Source: a virus (taxonomy: Duplodnaviria; Caudoviricetes). Taken from it: a stretch of 30,186 nucleotides of DNA. A program made the position numbers and the translations under genes. The notes under the pieces are model-generated. The model ran no database searches and was not told the DNA's origin. It saw only the letters and a program-made list of their open reading frames with translations. Below, piece by piece: positions 7,427-16,155 of this stretch. Where the stretch lies: IMG/VR virus record IMGVR_UViG_3300045119_000083, positions 1 through 30,186 of that record. One strand, written 5' to 3'. Numbering within the stretch: position 1 is the first letter of the stretch; the number at the start of each line of letters is the position of its first letter.

Positions 7427-7786
7427 ATGAAGATGATTGAAATGGCACAACCGCAAATGAACGACGTCTACCGAGATGTCGGAGCCAAACTCTCCCTCGG
7501 GCAAGTTGGTGGACACCAAGGCGCCTCAATCCAGCAATCCGAGGTGCAGCGGCAAACCACCAAGCTGCTTGAAACCGCCGAAACGCTGGACGCCACCGCC
7601 GCAAAGCTGATCGCACGCATCGAGGGGGTCACGCGCTCCGAGCCTGAGCCGGGTGCAAAGGCGGCGGAGGGCTCGCTCGCAGCCTGCCCAGCGACAAGCC
7701 TTGGCCGCACCCTCGACAGCATCAACAACCGCATCCGCGCCACGATGGCAACCCTGCAATCCACCATCCAGCGCATAGAGCTATAG
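7427..7786 (+). CDS. Coiled-coil hypothetical protein
   Basis: AGGAG RBS; two amphipathic helices. Confidence 0.75.
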   Translation: MKMIEMAQPQMNDVYRDVGAKLSLGQVGGHQGASIQQSEVQRQTTKLLETAETLDATAAKLIARIEGVTRSEPEPGAKAAEGSLAACPATSLGRTLDSINNRIRATMATLQSTIQRIEL

Positions 7787-7838
7787 CCACCCCACCGCAT
7801 CTAAATGGACGGCGGGGATACGTAACAAGGACGGAAAT

Positions 7839-8222
7839 ATGTTGATGGCGACAAAGAGCATTGATTTCCATGCAGTGGAAGAACATCAGCGGGAGATTGA
7901 CCGCCGGCTGTACAACTGGGCCAAGTGGTGCAACGGCTCGAATGTGCCCATGACCTCGCCAATGTTCCGCATGACCCCGCCACCGCCACGGGTGAGGGCG
8001 GATATGGCCTACCAAATGGCCGACTCGGTAGACCGCATGGACGCCATGAAGATTGCTAAAGCAGTGATTGCGTTGCCCGACAAGCACCGGGCGGCCGTGA
8101 ACTGGGCGTATGTGAAGCCAGTGAACCCGCGCCGTGCCTGCCAGTCCATAGGCGTGAGCCCGGACGATCTGGCGTTGCTTTTGCGCGACGGGCGGCAGAT
8201 TCTCATCAATAGAAAAGTTTGA
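7839..8222 (+). CDS. Q-like late antiterminator
   Basis: IDRRLYNWAKW N-terminus and C-terminal HTH; directly followed by a promoter, leader and terminator. Confidence 0.7.
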   Translation: MLMATKSIDFHAVEEHQREIDRRLYNWAKWCNGSNVPMTSPMFRMTPPPPRVRADMAYQMADSVDRMDAMKIAKAVIALPDKHRAAVNWAYVKPVNPRRACQSIGVSPDDLALLLRDGRQILINRKV

Positions 8223-8246
8223 CAAATCTGATTTTCGTCATAGAAT
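8219..8246 (+). promoter_or_regulatory. Late promoter PR'
   Basis: TTGACA-16 nt-TAGAAT. Confidence 0.8.
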
Positions 8247-8322
8247 TTGCTAACGACTGAGCAAAAGCATTAGGGTCGCCCGTCCATGTTGGAGGCGGCG
8301 CCGCCGGTAAAGCTCAGTGTTC

Positions 8323-8348
8323 GAGCCCTCTGCAATGGAGGGCTTTTT
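8323..8348 (+). terminator. tR' terminator
   Basis: GAGCCCTCT-GCAAT-GGAGGGCTTTTT. Confidence 0.85.
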
Positions 8349-8465
8349 GCTTTCAGTCCATTGAAAGCCGGGTCACGTCCTCGCCGTAACTACCGCGCCA
8401 CCGCTTGCAAAGCACCGGCTGCTAATCGATTGCGGACGCTGACCCCGCCCTATTACAGGAAATCT

Positions 8466-8591
8466 ATGAAATACGAAGTTCGCTGGAGCAATGGCTTCTG
8501 GAAGACGTTTGACCGCTCGCGCTATGAGTCGGTAGCCGTCCATGGAACGCAGGCCGAGGCAATCATTGCGGTAGCTAAGGCAAACCGCTAG
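8466..8591 (+). CDS. 41-aa small late protein
   Basis: AGGA RBS; MKYEVRWSNGFWKTFDRSRYESVAVHGTQAEAIIAVAKANR. Confidence 0.65.
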   Translation: MKYEVRWSNGFWKTFDRSRYESVAVHGTQAEAIIAVAKANR

Positions 8592-8593
8592 TA

Positions 8594-8661
8594 CTTTCTT
8601 CTCCAAGGTGTGCACACGTTGCACTTCGCCCCCGCGCTGACCATCGGCCCGGGGGCTTTTT
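8594..8661 (+). ncRNA. Candidate two-hairpin sRNA with CU-rich seed and terminator
   Basis: TTTCTTCTCC, then a GTGCA/TGCAC hairpin, then GCCCCCG...CGGGGGCTTTTT. Confidence 0.5.
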
Positions 8662-8677
8662 AACTTAAGGCTGTGAC

Positions 8678-8872
8678 ATGGACTTCAAATCGCTCTTCGC
8701 AGCCAAGCCAGCCGCACCTCTGGGTTCAGGAATGGCTCAGCAAGCAGCCCAGGTGCTGCAGAGCCGGCCATACCAGCTTCACGTCCAAGAGGCTCAAGCC
8801 GCAGGCGTAAAGCCCATGAGCCCCGAAGAATTCCTTCAACAAACGCAGCCCAAGGGGTTGCTCAGTCAGTAA
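8678..8872 (+). CDS. 64-aa Gln/Ala-rich hypothetical protein
   Basis: TAAGG RBS; clean ORF before terS. Confidence 0.7.
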   Translation: MDFKSLFAAKPAAPLGSGMAQQAAQVLQSRPYQLHVQEAQAAGVKPMSPEEFLQQTQPKGLLSQ

Positions 8873-8911
8873 CCACGGAGTCGGACACGCCGAGAGGCAC
8901 CCGATGGGCAG

Positions 8912-9265
8912 ATGATTGAAAACAATCAAACGAAATCAAAAGAATCAAAGCGCGGCGGTGCTGGACGAGGCCAAGGCCGCAAAGCAGGTTCGGCCACCAA
9001 GAAGACACGCGATATAGCTGACAGGGCCGCAGCTGAGGGCGTTACGCCACTTGAGTTCATGTTGCAGGTAATGCGCACTGAGCCAGATATCTCGCTTGAC
9101 CCGAAGATTTACGCATCGGCCATGGAAATGCGCTTTGAGGCGGCTAAGGCTGCGGCGCCCTACATTCACCCGCGCCTGGCTGCGATTGAACACACTGGCG
9201 AGGGCGGCGGTCCGATAGACCACAGTTTGACGGTGACGTTTGAGGAAAAGCGTGAAGACGTTTGA
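8912..9265 (+). CDS. terS: Terminase small subunit
   Basis: RGGAGRGQGRKAGS...TPLEFML...AAKAAAPYIHPRL...EHTGEGGGPI; upstream of terL. Confidence 0.8.
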   Translation: MIENNQTKSKESKRGGAGRGQGRKAGSATKKTRDIADRAAAEGVTPLEFMLQVMRTEPDISLDPKIYASAMEMRFEAAKAAAPYIHPRLAAIEHTGEGGGPIDHSLTVTFEEKREDV

Positions 9266-9407
9266 TGAATGGTTTGAGGGCGCATACAAAACCACCTTCG
9301 ATGAGTATGTGATCGTCATGTCTATGGCTCAAGTCATGCACGCAATGACCAGAGCGCTTCGGGATTACGCCACTTACGCGGCCATGTACTCGCGCAATGA
9401 GAAGTGA
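9252..9407 (+). CDS. 51-aa hypothetical protein between terS and terL
   Basis: Below the ORF-track cutoff; GAGG RBS and GTG start; MKTFDEWFEGAYKTTFDEY...SRNEK; stop overlaps the terL start (GTGA). Confidence 0.65.
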   Translation: MKTFDEWFEGAYKTTFDEYVIVMSMAQVMHAMTRALRDYATYAAMYSRNEK

Positions 9408-10651
9408 ACGTCAAGTTCCCGGAGAAGCTCCGGCCTCTGTTCCGCCCGAACAGGCTGAAGGTAGCCCACGGCGGGCGTGGATCGGCAAAGTCCTGGGGGT
9501 TCGCCCGAGCTTTGCTAATCCTTGGCGCACAGAGGCCATTGCGCATCCTGTGCACTCGGGAAGTGCAGAAGTCGATCAAGGATTCGGTTCACCAGCTCCT
9601 GACTGACCAGATCCAGGCGATGGGCCTGGGCCGGCACTATGAGGTGCTTGAGAACGAGATTAGAGGGTTAAACGGGACGCTCTTCCTGTTTGCTGGCTTG
9701 GCTCAGCATACGGTCGAGTCGATTAAGTCGTTTGAGGGCGTTGACATTGTGTGGGTTGAAGAGGCCCAGACGGTGAAGAAACGTAGTTGGGATGTGCTGA
9801 CCCCGACCATCCGCAAGGAGGGTTCGGAAATCTGGATCACGCTCAACCCCGACATGGAGACGGACGAGACATATCAGCGCTTTGTGGCAAAACCGCCCGA
9901 AGGCTCGTTTGTCATCCAAATGAACTGGAAAGACAACCCATGGTTTCCTTCTGTGCTTGAGCAAGAGCGGCAGGACACGCTACGGCGCGACCCTGACAAC
10001 TACAAGAACATTTGGGAAGGCGAGCCTAAGCGCGTGTCTGAAGGCGCGATCTATCGCCACGAGATAGAAGCGCTATACGAGCAAAAGCGCGTGCGGCTGG
10101 TGCCTTATGACCCGCTGCTGAAGGTGCATACGGTATGGGACTTGGGCTGGAACGACGCGATGTCAATCGGCATGGTCCAGCGCGAGGGTTCTGAGATTCG
10201 GCTGATCGACCACTTGAAGGACAGTCACAGGACGCTCGATTGGTACGTTGCCCAGCTTGAGAAGCGCAATTACCGCTGGGGTACTGATTACATCCCGCAC
10301 GACGGCAAGGCCAAGAACACGCAGACCGGCAAGAGCACGGAAGAGGCGTTGCAGGACATGCAGCGCAGGGTGGAAGTTCTGCCGGCGCTCAGCGTTGAAG
10401 AAGGCATCAAAGCTGCAAGGCTGATGTTCCCGAGGGTTTACTTCGACCAGGACAAGACGCAAGAGGTGCTTGAGAGCTTGAAGCGTTACCAGCGCTCGAT
10501 CAATGCGCAAACGCACGAGCCCGGGGCGCCGCTTCATGACGCATTCAGCCATGACGCAGACATGTTCCGGTACATCGCCATGGCTGCGGACAAGATGAGT
10601 AACGACGACTGGGGCAGCAAGTTGGCCTACCCCAAGACTTACAACGCATAA
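9404..10651 (+). CDS. terL: Terminase large subunit, PBSX family
   Basis: Walker A GGRGSAKS, Walker B IVWVEEA, nuclease motifs WDLG and HDADMFRY. Confidence 0.95.
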   Translation: MNVKFPEKLRPLFRPNRLKVAHGGRGSAKSWGFARALLILGAQRPLRILCTREVQKSIKDSVHQLLTDQIQAMGLGRHYEVLENEIRGLNGTLFLFAGLAQHTVESIKSFEGVDIVWVEEAQTVKKRSWDVLTPTIRKEGSEIWITLNPDMETDETYQRFVAKPPEGSFVIQMNWKDNPWFPSVLEQERQDTLRRDPDNYKNIWEGEPKRVSEGAIYRHEIEALYEQKRVRLVPYDPLLKVHTVWDLGWNDAMSIGMVQREGSEIRLIDHLKDSHRTLDWYVAQLEKRNYRWGTDYIPHDGKAKNTQTGKSTEEALQDMQRRVEVLPALSVEEGIKAARLMFPRVYFDQDKTQEVLESLKRYQRSINAQTHEPGAPLHDAFSHDADMFRYIAMAADKMSNDDWGSKLAYPKTYNA

Positions 10652-10817
10652 GCGAGCAGCGCACCACGGCGCGTCATTGGAAACGGAATGCGGCAACAGT
10701 GCCAGTCACCAGCCCCATAGCCGAGTTGCTTCAAAGTGGCGAAGGAATGAAGCGGCTGTCCTTTCAACAGCATCAGCACCTGACCAACTGGCGCGCTGTG
10801 CTTGCGGGTAAGCCGCT
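10652..10817 (+). ncRNA. Candidate structured RNA A
   Basis: Helix 10665-10680 with 10784-10800 (12+4 bp, with G-U pairs) enclosing further hairpins. Confidence 0.5.
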
Positions 10818-10826
10818 ACGATTTTT

Positions 10827-10931
10827 GGTGAATGCGCAGTGATGATGCGCGGTGGAGCGGGTCATGACCGCAGAACAGATTGGCGAAAGATTGAACGCTG
10901 CCAGTCAAGCCGGGGTTCATCGCCGGCCGCC
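10827..10931 (+). ncRNA. Structured RNA B with kissing loops, resembling the skipping-rope RNA motif
   Basis: GGTG/CGCC closing stem; GCGCA-GTGATGA-TGCGC and GCCGG-GGTTCATCG-CCGGC hairpins with complementary loops; two intervening stems. Confidence 0.7.
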
Positions 10932-10972
10932 TCTTATTAACAGCATCGCAGAGATTGCGACCTAAGGAAAAC

Positions 10973-13360
10973 ATGGGCAAAGGCCTTTCTGAAGACGACC
11001 TCAAAGCCTTGATCGGCTCTGAAATGCGCTCCAGCTTGGGCTATTCCTCGTCCAAATTGAGCGCAGCGCGGCAAAAGGCCGAATACTACTACCTCGGATT
11101 GGCTATCGGCGATCTGTCCAAGCCGGAGATTGACGGCCGCTCGGGTGTTGTCAGCACTGATGTGCGTGACACCATTGAGAGCATGCTGCCTCAGCTCATG
11201 GTCACGTTCTGCGGTGGTGACAAGGTAGCCGAGTTCGAGCCACAGGGCCCTGATGATGAGAAGCGCGCCACCCAGGCGACGGAGTATGTGAACTATCTGT
11301 TCTTCAAGAAGAACAACGGCCACAACCTGTCCTATGTCTGGATGAAGGACGCGCTCCTTCAAAAGAACGGCATCGTAAAGGTCTGGTGGGACACGCGCCA
11401 CGAAGAGAAAAAAGAAGAATACAAGGCGCTGGACCAGATCGAGCTTGCTCAGATCATGGAAGACCCGGAGGTTGAGGTAACCGAATCCTCGGCCTATCCT
11501 GATGAAGACGACGCCAATGCCAGGGCAAAGGCGCTTGAACAGCTTCAAGGCCAGATCAAGCAGATTGAAGACGGGTTTTGGCAGGCATGGCAGAGCGGCA
11601 AAATCCCGCCTCAGGCCGAGCAGCAGGCCAAGGGCCAGGTTGCCCAGCAAATCCAGCCTATCCAGGCTCAGATTGAGCAGATCAACGCCCAGCCTCCCGT
11701 GATGATCTACGACATCACCTGCAAGCGCGTGAAGACGGACGGAAAGATCACGATTGAGAACGTCCCGCCCGAGGAGTTCTTGATTAGCCGCAATGCGAAG
11801 AACATTCCGACTGCCAGGTTTGTCGGGCACCGCGTGCAGCGCACCGTGTCCGAGCTGAAAAGCATGGGCTACAAGAACGTTGACAAAATCAGCGGCGAGG
11901 ACCAGGGCCAGGCGGTGAACAGCGAGCGCATCCAGCGTCTGAGCTGGAACGACGAAAACGCCTACATGTCGGACGAGGTAAACACCGCCGACGAGAGCCA
12001 ACGCAAGATTTGGGTTACCGAGTGCTATATCCGCTGCGACTTCGATGGCGACGGCATCAGCGAACTGCGCAAGGTAACGGTGGCCGGCAATGAACTGCTG
12101 GACAACGAAGAGGTTGATTTCACGCCGTTTGTGAGCATCACGCCGGTTCCGCTGCCACATACGTTTTTCGGGCTGTCCATTGCTGATTTGGCGATGGAGA
12201 AGCAGAAATCCAAGACGAGCCTGATCCGCGCGGCGCATGACAACACATATCTTGAGGCCAACGGGCGCTATTTTGCGGTTGAAGGACAGGTCAACCTTGA
12301 CGACCTGATGACTTCGCGTCCGGGTGGCGTTGTGCGCATGAAGAAGGAGGGCATGGCCGGCCGGCTTGATCAAGGCGCCGGTAACACGTCAAAGGTCATG
12401 GAATTGCTGGACTACACCGAGCAGGAGCTGGAAAAAGCCACGGGATGGAGCCGCTACAGCCAGGGCAACGATGCTCACGGCCTGAACGACACTGCCACGG
12501 GGATGAACATCATCACCAATAAGGCGGATATGCGGGTTGACCTGATCGCCCGCAACTTCGCCGAAGGTTTCACGGAGCTGTTTAACTTCATCTTGAAGCT
12601 AGTTTGCCAGCACCAGAACAAGAAGGCGACGATAAAGCTCGCGGGGGAATGGACCGACATAGATCCCCGCGAGTGGCGCAACCAGTTCGATGTGAACATA
12701 AACGTCGGAATTGGCCAGGGCAACAAGGACCAGAAGGTCCAGCACATGATGGCGCTGATTGGGCAGCAGGAGAAGGTGTTCCCGCTGGGCGTGGCGAATG
12801 GCGCTAACCTATATGAGGCGAGCACGGAGCTTGCAAAGTTGCTGGGTTACAAGAATGGGAACAAGTTCTTCAATGACCCGGTAAAGAACCCGCCGCCTCC
12901 GAAGCCGGACCCCGAGAAGGCCAAGCTGGACGCAATGATGCAGCTTGAGCAAATGAAGATTCAGGCCAATGGTCAGGCCACTGCAGGCAAGGCGCAGGTA
13001 GACGCCCAGATTGAACAGATGCGGTTGCAATTCAAGGCCGCCAATGACCAGTCGGACCGCGAACACCAAGCCCAGCTTGAACAGCTCAAGGCCAGCTATC
13101 AGGCCCAGGTTGACAACAACCGCCAGGCATCCGAGGCGCAGCAACATGCGATGAAGATGCAGAACGAGGCCGCGCTGGCTCAATTGAAGGCGCAGTATGC
13201 GGACCTGGCCCACCAGCGCGAAGATGCGTTCAACCGCTGGAAAGTCGAGATTGAGTCGTCTGTGAAGGTCGAAGTGGCAAACATCACCAGCAAAGACAAG
13301 TTGAACGACTCGGCAACGCAGACGGCGACCGCCGAAATAAGCCGCGAGGTGCAACCGTAA
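10973..13360 (+). CDS. Portal protein, P22-like, with long C-terminal coiled coil
   Basis: AAGGA RBS; GRSGVVSTDVRDTIESMLPQLM, KDALLQKNGIVKVWWD, IENVPPEEFLI; position after terL. Confidence 0.92.
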   Translation: MGKGLSEDDLKALIGSEMRSSLGYSSSKLSAARQKAEYYYLGLAIGDLSKPEIDGRSGVVSTDVRDTIESMLPQLMVTFCGGDKVAEFEPQGPDDEKRATQATEYVNYLFFKKNNGHNLSYVWMKDALLQKNGIVKVWWDTRHEEKKEEYKALDQIELAQIMEDPEVEVTESSAYPDEDDANARAKALEQLQGQIKQIEDGFWQAWQSGKIPPQAEQQAKGQVAQQIQPIQAQIEQINAQPPVMIYDITCKRVKTDGKITIENVPPEEFLISRNAKNIPTARFVGHRVQRTVSELKSMGYKNVDKISGEDQGQAVNSERIQRLSWNDENAYMSDEVNTADESQRKIWVTECYIRCDFDGDGISELRKVTVAGNELLDNEEVDFTPFVSITPVPLPHTFFGLSIADLAMEKQKSKTSLIRAAHDNTYLEANGRYFAVEGQVNLDDLMTSRPGGVVRMKKEGMAGRLDQGAGNTSKVMELLDYTEQELEKATGWSRYSQGNDAHGLNDTATGMNIITNKADMRVDLIARNFAEGFTELFNFILKLVCQHQNKKATIKLAGEWTDIDPREWRNQFDVNINVGIGQGNKDQKVQHMMALIGQQEKVFPLGVANGANLYEASTELAKLLGYKNGNKFFNDPVKNPPPPKPDPEKAKLDAMMQLEQMKIQANGQATAGKAQVDAQIEQMRLQFKAANDQSDREHQAQLEQLKASYQAQVDNNRQASEAQQHAMKMQNEAALAQLKAQYADLAHQREDAFNRWKVEIESSVKVEVANITSKDKLNDSATQTATAEISREVQP

Positions 13361-13593
13361 TGGCTGAAGAAAACACGCGCCTTAAGAAGTTTCTAGCCGA
13401 TCAGGAAGAGGCTGTGTCCATCGCCCGTGGTCTGCCAGACGGTAGCAGCCCGGTGCGGATCGATGCCTTGAACGTCGCCTTATCGCTCGCGCATTGCAAT
13501 GCACTTGCCAGCGGCGGGACAACCTCGATGACTGAAATCATGAAGGACGCGGCCAAGGTGGAAAAGTATTTAAAGGGCGGCGATGAGCATTGA
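13360..13593 (+). CDS. Hypothetical protein
   Basis: GAGGT RBS; TAATG overlap with portal. Confidence 0.7.
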   Translation: MAEENTRLKKFLADQEEAVSIARGLPDGSSPVRIDALNVALSLAHCNALASGGTTSMTEIMKDAAKVEKYLKGGDEH

Positions 13594-13876
13594 ACAGCGC
13601 ATCTACGACGGCAACCGAGCCCGCGAAGTCCTCGAAAACGAGGCTTACATCAAGGCATTCAACGACCTCAGAGCGGAGATCACAGACAAATGGCAAAACT
13701 CACCCTCAAGGGACTCGCAAGGCCGGGAAACCCTGTACCTGATGCTGGGCCTGACGAACAAGATCGAGGGCCTGCTGAAGGACTCGCTGATCTCGGGCAA
13801 GCAAGCGATGCTGGACCTGGAACACAAGAAGACGCTCGCAGAGCGCGCCAAAGAGCTGATACCCAGCTTCAAATAA
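13583..13876 (+). CDS. Small head-assembly-region protein
   Basis: Helical ORF between portal and scaffold (AREVLENEAY...KWQNSP...RETLYL). Confidence 0.75.
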   Translation: MSIEQRIYDGNRAREVLENEAYIKAFNDLRAEITDKWQNSPSRDSQGRETLYLMLGLTNKIEGLLKDSLISGKQAMLDLEHKKTLAERAKELIPSFK

Positions 13877-13919
13877 AGATGATGGGCGGCGCGTCTTTTT
13901 TGATTAAAAGGAACCAGAC

Positions 13920-14108
13920 ATGAGCATAGTAGAGCCGACTTACATGGTCGTTCACCGCATGGCGCCAGTTGACGTAAAGCTAACGGACGAACAGACCAAG
14001 AGAATAGCCACAGACGCTTGTGCGATTGACACGGCAGATATGAGCAAAGGCGAGGCCGCTTATCAAAAAGCGGTGGAAATGTACCGTCTTAAAAAGAATC
14101 TAGCGTAA
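13920..14108 (+). CDS. Hypothetical protein
   Basis: AAGGA RBS; 62 aa; flanked by hairpins. Confidence 0.65.
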   Translation: MSIVEPTYMVVHRMAPVDVKLTDEQTKRIATDACAIDTADMSKGEAAYQKAVEMYRLKKNLA

Positions 14109-14182
14109 TACCCCAGCGCTAGTAGCCAACAGGCTATTTGTGGGGTCGCGTCCGCTGAGAAGCGCCGCATTGGAGATTGACT

Positions 14183-15154
14183 ATGGATACTCCCTCCACA
14201 GGGGAACCCAGCAACGCGCCGCTGAGCCCAGAATCAGCGGTAGACGCTTTCGCATCCGCTCTTGAGCCCGTAAAGGCCCCGGAGAAGACGCCGGAAGCAT
14301 TGGAAGCCGAAAAGCTCGAAGACGAGGCCCGCAAGGCCGCCGAATCGGACGACGGCGAGCCGAACACGCAGGAAGAGGGCGATGATGCCGCGGGCGAGAA
14401 AGTCACCATCGAAGTAGATGGCAAGACGGTCGAACTCAGCAAGGCGGAATTGGCCGATTTCTACAAGAACGGATTGCGCCAGGCTGACTACACGAAAAAG
14501 ACGATGGAGGTTGCGGACGCCAGAAAAGCGGCCGAGGCTGAAACCGCAAAGGCGCGACAAGAGCGCCAAGTCTACGCGCAGGGCCTTCAAAAGAACGCTT
14601 TGCAACTGGAAGCTGTCATTGAGCAGCAACAAAAGATTGATTGGGAAAAGCTCATCGAGGCCGATCCTGTTGAAGCACTGCGTCAGCAGCACCTCCTACA
14701 ACGGAGACAAGCAGCATGGCAGGAAACGCATCAACAGCTTCAGCTCATCGCCGAGCAATCCCAGGCCGAACAAGTCCAGCACATGCAGTCCTACCGGGCG
14801 GAGCAGCAAGAAAAACTCATTGCCAAGCTTCCCGACTGGAAAGACCCTGTGAAGGCTAAGGCCGGATCGGCGGAACTCTCGGAATACCTGAAAAGTCAGG
14901 GATTCGAAGACGCCGAATTGAAAGCAACGTTCGACCATCGGGCGGTTGTGCTCGGCCATAAGGCCATGAAGTACGACCAGATGATGGAAAAAGCGCGAGC
15001 CGCCGCCAAGAAAGTCCAGGCCCTACCGCAAAAAGTGGTCCGCCCTGGTGTTGGCGATACCCCGAACCTTGACCGTCGCAGTTCTGCCATGAAGCAGTTG
15101 TCCAAGACGGGCCGGGTAGAGGACGCTGTCGCGCTGTTCGACCAATTCGTTTAA
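14183..15154 (+). CDS. Capsid scaffolding protein
   Basis: Acidic N-terminus, VDGKTVELSKAEL, LRQADYTKKT, coiled coil; precedes the capsid gene. Confidence 0.9.
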   Translation: MDTPSTGEPSNAPLSPESAVDAFASALEPVKAPEKTPEALEAEKLEDEARKAAESDDGEPNTQEEGDDAAGEKVTIEVDGKTVELSKAELADFYKNGLRQADYTKKTMEVADARKAAEAETAKARQERQVYAQGLQKNALQLEAVIEQQQKIDWEKLIEADPVEALRQQHLLQRRQAAWQETHQQLQLIAEQSQAEQVQHMQSYRAEQQEKLIAKLPDWKDPVKAKAGSAELSEYLKSQGFEDAELKATFDHRAVVLGHKAMKYDQMMEKARAAAKKVQALPQKVVRPGVGDTPNLDRRSSAMKQLSKTGRVEDAVALFDQFV

Positions 15155-15187
15155 CCCCTAACGTCGCGAGACGCTGGAGAAAATAGC

Positions 15188-16111
15188 ATGACTGCACCTA
15201 CAAATACCTTCATCACCACTTCGGTGATCGGTAACCGCGAAGACCTCAGCGATGTGATCTATCGCATCTCCCCCACGACCACGCCCCTCCTGAGCGGCGC
15301 GGCAAAAACCACCGCAACCAACACGTTGCACGAGTGGCAAACCCAGGACCTGGCTGCGGCCGCGTCCAATCTGGCAGTTGAAGGCGACGACGCTACGCTG
15401 ATTGCAGCTACGCCCACCGTCCGCCTCACCAACCGCTGCCAGATCAGCACCAAGCCCTTTGGTGTGTCCGGCACTCAGCAGGCCATGAACCCGGCCGGCC
15501 GCAAGAACGAGCTGTCTTACCAAGGCAGTTTGAAGTCTCTGGAGCTGAAGCGCGACATGGAATTTGCCATGACGCAGCAAAGCGTTCTGGCGACCTCTCC
15601 GCGCGCCACCCGCGGCCTGGTGGGCTGGGTTGTGGACAACACGTCCAAGGCATCTGACACCACGCTGGCCAGCTACACGGCCAACACCGACAAGACGGAC
15701 GGCACGACCCGTGCATTCGTTGAGTCCCAGGTGAAGTCCGTGTGCCAGTTGGTGTACACGGCCGGTGGTGATCCCGACACCATCATGATGGGTCCTGCCG
15801 CGAAACAGACGTTCTCGTCTTTCACCGGCAACGCAACCCGCATGGACAAGAGCGAGGACGCCAAGCTCTACACGTCCATTGATGTGTACGTGTCGGACTT
15901 CGGCGAGTTGAAGGCGGTTCCAAACCGCTTCCAACGCACCCGCGACGTGTTCATCCTCCAGATGGACAAGCTGGCCGTGGCCTATCTGCGCCCCTTCCAA
16001 ACCATCGAACTGGCGAAAACGGGTGACTCCGATCGCCGTGAGCTGGTGGTGGAGTTCGCGCTGGAATGCCGCGCTCCGAAAGCCCATGGCGCCGTCTACG
16101 ACATCGCCTAA
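15188..16111 (+). CDS. Major capsid protein (DUF5309/SU10-like)
   Basis: GNREDLSDVIYRISPTTTP, HEWQT, ELKRDME, YVSDFG, YLRPF. Confidence 0.92.
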   Translation: MTAPTNTFITTSVIGNREDLSDVIYRISPTTTPLLSGAAKTTATNTLHEWQTQDLAAAASNLAVEGDDATLIAATPTVRLTNRCQISTKPFGVSGTQQAMNPAGRKNELSYQGSLKSLELKRDMEFAMTQQSVLATSPRATRGLVGWVVDNTSKASDTTLASYTANTDKTDGTTRAFVESQVKSVCQLVYTAGGDPDTIMMGPAAKQTFSSFTGNATRMDKSEDAKLYTSIDVYVSDFGELKAVPNRFQRTRDVFILQMDKLAVAYLRPFQTIELAKTGDSDRRELVVEFALECRAPKAHGAVYDIA

Positions 16112-16155
16112 ACCATAGGGGAGGGCTTCGGCTCTCCCCGTCTACGGAGTACAAA

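Noticed and set aside
8406-8426. GCAAAGCACCGGC...CTAA resembling part of a c-di-GMP-I riboswitch
   Set aside because: The upstream GGCAAA segment and GNRA-capped stem required by that aptamer are missing.
10747-10842. 31-aa ORF MKRLSFQQH... in the terL-portal gap
   Set aside because: The SD-like sequence abuts the ATG, and the region is better explained by RNA structure.
10937-12373. 478-aa minus-strand ORF
   Set aside because: Codon-register shadow of the portal gene in GC-rich DNA; no motif or RBS.
15158-16087. 309-aa minus-strand ORF
   Set aside because: Shadow of the capsid gene.
16117-16139. Terminator after the capsid gene
   Set aside because: The UUCG hairpin has no U-tract (the same holds at 16581-16596); more likely an mRNA-stabilising stem.
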